From positions 1 through 46,024 of the IMG/VR virus record IMGVR_UViG_3300032237_000164: a stretch of DNA of 46,024 nt. One strand, given 5' to 3'. The stretch comes from a virus. Its lineage: Duplodnaviria > Caudoviricetes. This document shows, one piece after another, positions 42,508 through 46,024 of the stretch. The position numbers and the translations under genes are program-made. Each line of letters begins with the position of its first letter. The stretch's first letter is position 1. A model generated the notes under the pieces. That model ran no database searches. It worked only from the letters and a program-made list of their open reading frames with translations, and had not been told where the DNA came from.

Positions 42508-45369
42508 ATGTTAGAAACAAATAATTTTCTATCCGCAGTGCTTCCCGATACTGGGTCGTATTGTGTGGTGGGACTAAAAGAAGATGGAAGCCCAAGACAA
42601 AAGTTTGTGGGAAGTATTGAGGAAGTAAATGTATTAGCACAGAAATTAGTTGATGAACAATACAATGCCTATTTTGCATTAGCCTCATTTGCCGACCCCA
42701 AAGAAGGTCGCACGGCTAAGAACGCACAGTCTTTAAAATGTTTTTTTATTGACATTGATTGTGGTATGGGTAAACCCTATGCTGACCAAGCAGAAGGGAT
42801 GACTGCGCTCAAAGCATTTATTAAAAGTACAAAGCTACCTAGACCTACGGTAGTTAATTCAGGGCGTGGCATACACGCATACTGGGTGTTAGAAGCGGCT
42901 TTGCCAAGTGAAGAATGGAAACCCTTAGCCGAGAAATTAAAAGCCCTATGCGTTCAGCATAAGCTTGAGGCTGACCCATCCGTCACTGCGGATTCCGCTA
43001 GAATCCTGCGGATTCCAAACACTTTCAACTTTAAAGATGTTGAAAACCCAGCCAAAGTAGAAATGTTACTTACCGGGTCCCAGGTGAATATCTCTATCCT
43101 ACAAGATGTTTTTAATACGGTGGAGCAGGACATCTTTGCTGGTATGGCAGGTAAGCCTTTTATACCTCGTCAGATGGATGCGATGACTTTAGCGTTAATG
43201 GGTAACAATATCTCTCGCTTTAAAACCATCATGATTAAAAGCGCTAAAGGAGAGGGTTGCCCACAGCTACTACATATTTACGAAAATCAGACGACAATAG
43301 ATGAACCGCTTTGGAGGGGAGGGCTAAGTATTGCCCAGCAGTGTGTGGATAGGGATAAAGCCATTCATACGCTTTCCAACAAACACCCCGATTATTCTGC
43401 ACATGCAACAGAACGTAAAGCTAATGAAACAAAAGGTCCTTATACCTGCGCTACATTTAAAAAGCTAAACCCAGCACCTTGCCAAGGATGCCCACATAAC
43501 ATTACTTCTCCTATTCAATTAGGTAAAGAGTTCAATGAAGCTAAGGAACAAGATAACGTAGTAGAAATTCCAGCCGAGGAAGAAGGCGAAGAGGCTACGA
43601 TTTATAAAATTCCTAAATTTCCATTTCCATATACAAGGGGTGCGGCAGGGGGTATCTACACCAAAATCAAAGACGAAGAAAGCGGTTTAGAAGAAGTACA
43701 AATGATTTACCCGTATGACTTTTATGCGGTTAAGCGTATGAATGACCCTGATAGAGGGGAAAGCGTTTTATTACGTTTGCATTTACCAAAGGATGGGATT
43801 AAAGAATTTATTATGCCGTTAACTGATGTACTAGCAACGGATAGATTTAGAGACACTATTGCTAAGCATGGTGTAGCGGTGATGGCAACTAAACAGAAGA
43901 TACTTATGGCATATATAACAAGATGGGTAGAAGAATTGCAATCTACAACAGAAGCGGAATTAGCACGCAAACAGTTTGGCTGGTTATCTGATGACTCAGG
44001 ATTTATTCTTGGGGACAAAGAAATTACGGCGGATGGAGTTAAATACAGCCCACCAACAGCTACGACTATTGAACTTGTACCAATGTTTAGAGAAAAAGGC
44101 GACTTCCACGTTTGGAAAGACGTCATCAATGCGTATGCTAGAGAGCAGATGGAAGCTAAAGCTTTTGCTTTCTTTATGGGGTTTGGCAACACACTGCTTA
44201 AGTTTACTAATTTAAAAGGCTATCTACTTAGTCTTAAATCGCAAGGCTCAGGTTCAGGAAAGACTACGGTATTGCATACCATCGGTAGTATCTATGGACA
44301 CCCTGAAGATAGTTTTATGCGGGTTAAAGATACATACAATCAGAAGCTACAACGGATTGGTACGTTTCAAAACATTCCTATCTTGTTTGACGAAATGACA
44401 AACATGGATCCACAACAAAAGTCTAACTTGGCTTACGACATTACTGAGGGTCGGGCTAAGAACCGTATGCAGTCACAAAACAATGCAGAACGACTTAACC
44501 ATACCAAGTGGGCAACAGGACTAATTACTACATCAAACAGGTCTTTACGTGATGACTTGCTTTCTATTAAGGCTTTTCCCGAAGGCGAACTAATGCGTAT
44601 GATGGAGTTGCATATCTTTAACGATGCTAACGACGACCCAGTATGGGCAAGGCAACACTTTGGAAGACTACATACTAACTATGGACACGCTATATTCCCA
44701 TTTATGCAGTATGTGGTTGGGCATCTGCCTGAGGTTATTAAATTCTTAGGTGATATACAAGTCAAGATTGAGGTAGCGGCAAGTATTACTTCACAAGAAC
44801 GGTATTGGTCAGCTATGTCGGCAATCGCTATTACTGGCGGGATTATTGCTAGGAACTTAAACCTACACGATATTGACCACAAACCTGTAATGGCTTATAT
44901 CGTCAAGCATATTAAGGAATCTAGGGCGCAGAACAAGCAAATGGTATCTGAGAATAGCGACTTCTTAAGTGGCTTTATCCAAAGGAAGTTTCATGAAGTG
45001 CTGGTTATTAATGGCAAGAAAGACCATAAAACGGGCTTAGAGACAGGCCCAATTAGAGAGCCAAGGGGTGCATTGACTGCACGCTACGAACCCGATACAA
45101 AGCTTCTATACGTGGTTGCTAAGGAATATCGTGCCGAGTGTAATAAATCCCAGTTAAATTTTGACGAATCCTTGGCTATGCATAAAAAAAGTGGGGCTTT
45201 CTTGGGTCAGAAACGCAAGCGTATGACTTCAGGAACTATAGTAGACACTAACTTAAATGCACCAGCCTTAGTATTTGATGCGACTAAACTGGAGTTCTTT
45301 AGGGAAGAAGCACTATTAAATGTTAAAGATTCTGAATCAGATACTTTTGATTCCGTGGAAGCGGTTTGA
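42508..45369 (+). CDS. primase-helicase (N-terminal primase, C-terminal DUF927/SF3-like P-loop)
   Basis: FIDID, NSGRGIHAYW, RILRIP, Cys cluster, GSGSGKTT, FDE. Confidence 0.85.
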   Translation: MLETNNFLSAVLPDTGSYCVVGLKEDGSPRQKFVGSIEEVNVLAQKLVDEQYNAYFALASFADPKEGRTAKNAQSLKCFFIDIDCGMGKPYADQAEGMTALKAFIKSTKLPRPTVVNSGRGIHAYWVLEAALPSEEWKPLAEKLKALCVQHKLEADPSVTADSARILRIPNTFNFKDVENPAKVEMLLTGSQVNISILQDVFNTVEQDIFAGMAGKPFIPRQMDAMTLALMGNNISRFKTIMIKSAKGEGCPQLLHIYENQTTIDEPLWRGGLSIAQQCVDRDKAIHTLSNKHPDYSAHATERKANETKGPYTCATFKKLNPAPCQGCPHNITSPIQLGKEFNEAKEQDNVVEIPAEEEGEEATIYKIPKFPFPYTRGAAGGIYTKIKDEESGLEEVQMIYPYDFYAVKRMNDPDRGESVLLRLHLPKDGIKEFIMPLTDVLATDRFRDTIAKHGVAVMATKQKILMAYITRWVEELQSTTEAELARKQFGWLSDDSGFILGDKEITADGVKYSPPTATTIELVPMFREKGDFHVWKDVINAYAREQMEAKAFAFFMGFGNTLLKFTNLKGYLLSLKSQGSGSGKTTVLHTIGSIYGHPEDSFMRVKDTYNQKLQRIGTFQNIPILFDEMTNMDPQQKSNLAYDITEGRAKNRMQSQNNAERLNHTKWATGLITTSNRSLRDDLLSIKAFPEGELMRMMELHIFNDANDDPVWARQHFGRLHTNYGHAIFPFMQYVVGHLPEVIKFLGDIQVKIEVAASITSQERYWSAMSAIAITGGIIARNLNLHDIDHKPVMAYIVKHIKESRAQNKQMVSENSDFLSGFIQRKFHEVLVINGKKDHKTGLETGPIREPRGALTARYEPDTKLLYVVAKEYRAECNKSQLNFDESLAMHKKSGAFLGQKRKRMTSGTIVDTNLNAPALVFDATKLEFFREEALLNVKDSESDTFDSVEAV

Positions 45370-45520
45370 ACCTGAGCAGTCTATTTTTGTGCCTTGCCTA
45401 GACCGTAGGGCGCACGCTCAAGACATACTGGAAGAAGCTCAGCGGCTAGGGATTGAGGTTATTTGCAAACAAGTTGTAGAAGATGGGAAATTTGGCTTGC
45501 GGATTTGGAGAGTTAAGTGA
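45320..45520 (+). CDS. small hypothetical protein
   Basis: PW..FEPEQSIFVPC...GLRIWR. Confidence 0.65.
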   Translation: MLKILNQILLIPWKRFEPEQSIFVPCLDRRAHAQDILEEAQRLGIEVICKQVVEDGKFGLRIWRVK

Positions 45521-45564
45521 TATAGTTACCTCACTCTTCTCCTCGACCCCACATTGAGGACTTA

Positions 45565-45589
45565 ACCCCGCTTCGGCGGGGTATTTTTT
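45565..45589 (+). terminator. intrinsic terminator between convergent arms
   Basis: ACCCCGC-TTCG-GCGGGGT plus ATTTTTT. Confidence 0.85.
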
Positions 45590-46024
45590 ATCCGAAGCTT
45601 CTAGCAAATTCCGTTAGTCTTGGAAGATTAAATGCTTGTAATAGTGCATTTTCGGTATTTTCAAATCTTTCCAGCACATCTTTTTTACGAGCACCGTCCA
45701 TACGTGGGTCTGCAGAAACAATCTTTTTGTATTTGCGGATATCTTCTAAGCGTTGCTCAATACCATTAATAGAAGACTTAAGCATATAAAGCCCAAACTT
45801 ATCAGGGTCTTTTATATAGTCCTGCAATTCTTGAATTCTACCATCCGCCTTCAATGCGTTTACAGTATCTACTGTACGTCTAACTTCATCCCGAAGGTTA
45901 TAAAAATCTTCTTTATCCCCACCGCCAACTTTGTTGTACATAAATGTACGGAACTGAGGCAACTCATAAACCCTACGATCAGGTCTATCTACCCCCGTTG
46001 CATTTGAAGCAAGGTAATCGGTAA
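45588..46024 (-). CDS. C-terminus of a protein that starts outside the window (possibly a large virion protein)
   Basis: frame stays open to the window edge (TDYLASNATGVDRPDRRVYELPQF...); helical C-terminus. Confidence 0.65.
   Translation of the reverse strand, partial: TDYLASNATGVDRPDRRVYELPQFRTFMYNKVGGGDKEDFYNLRDEVRRTVDTVNALKADGRIQELQDYIKDPDKFGLYMLKSSINGIEQRLEDIRKYKKIVSADPRMDGARKKDVLERFENTENALLQAFNLPRLTEFARSFG

Overview
The window is a ~46 kb piece of a tailed dsDNA phage genome with two divergent arms. The minus strand (1-21.4 kb) carries the late/virion genes: terminase, portal, GroES, scaffold, Mu gpT-like major capsid, a cluster of small basic proteins, head-tail proteins and tail fibres. 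The plus strand (21.85-45.5 kb) carries early and replication genes: MoxR-like AAA ATPase, HExxH/vWA protein, sigma70 region-4 proteins, PolA, PD-(D/E)XK nuclease, SNF2 helicase and primase-helicase. The most unusual feature is 12 copies of the 15-bp palindrome TACTGTC-N-GACAGTA. They are confined to 21.7-30.2 kb, three lie inside ORFs, and their spacing widens steadily away from a non-coding block that also holds 11 TGTTCAC/GTGAACA repeats. The same arm is nearly free of CCGG. Other points are a Mu-gpT-DE-like pseudoknot RNA, a PhaR-box-like site before a small helical ORF, and structured leaders before the helicase and primase. A freshwater betaproteobacterial host is an inference only. All product calls come from motif recognition by eye, not database searches.
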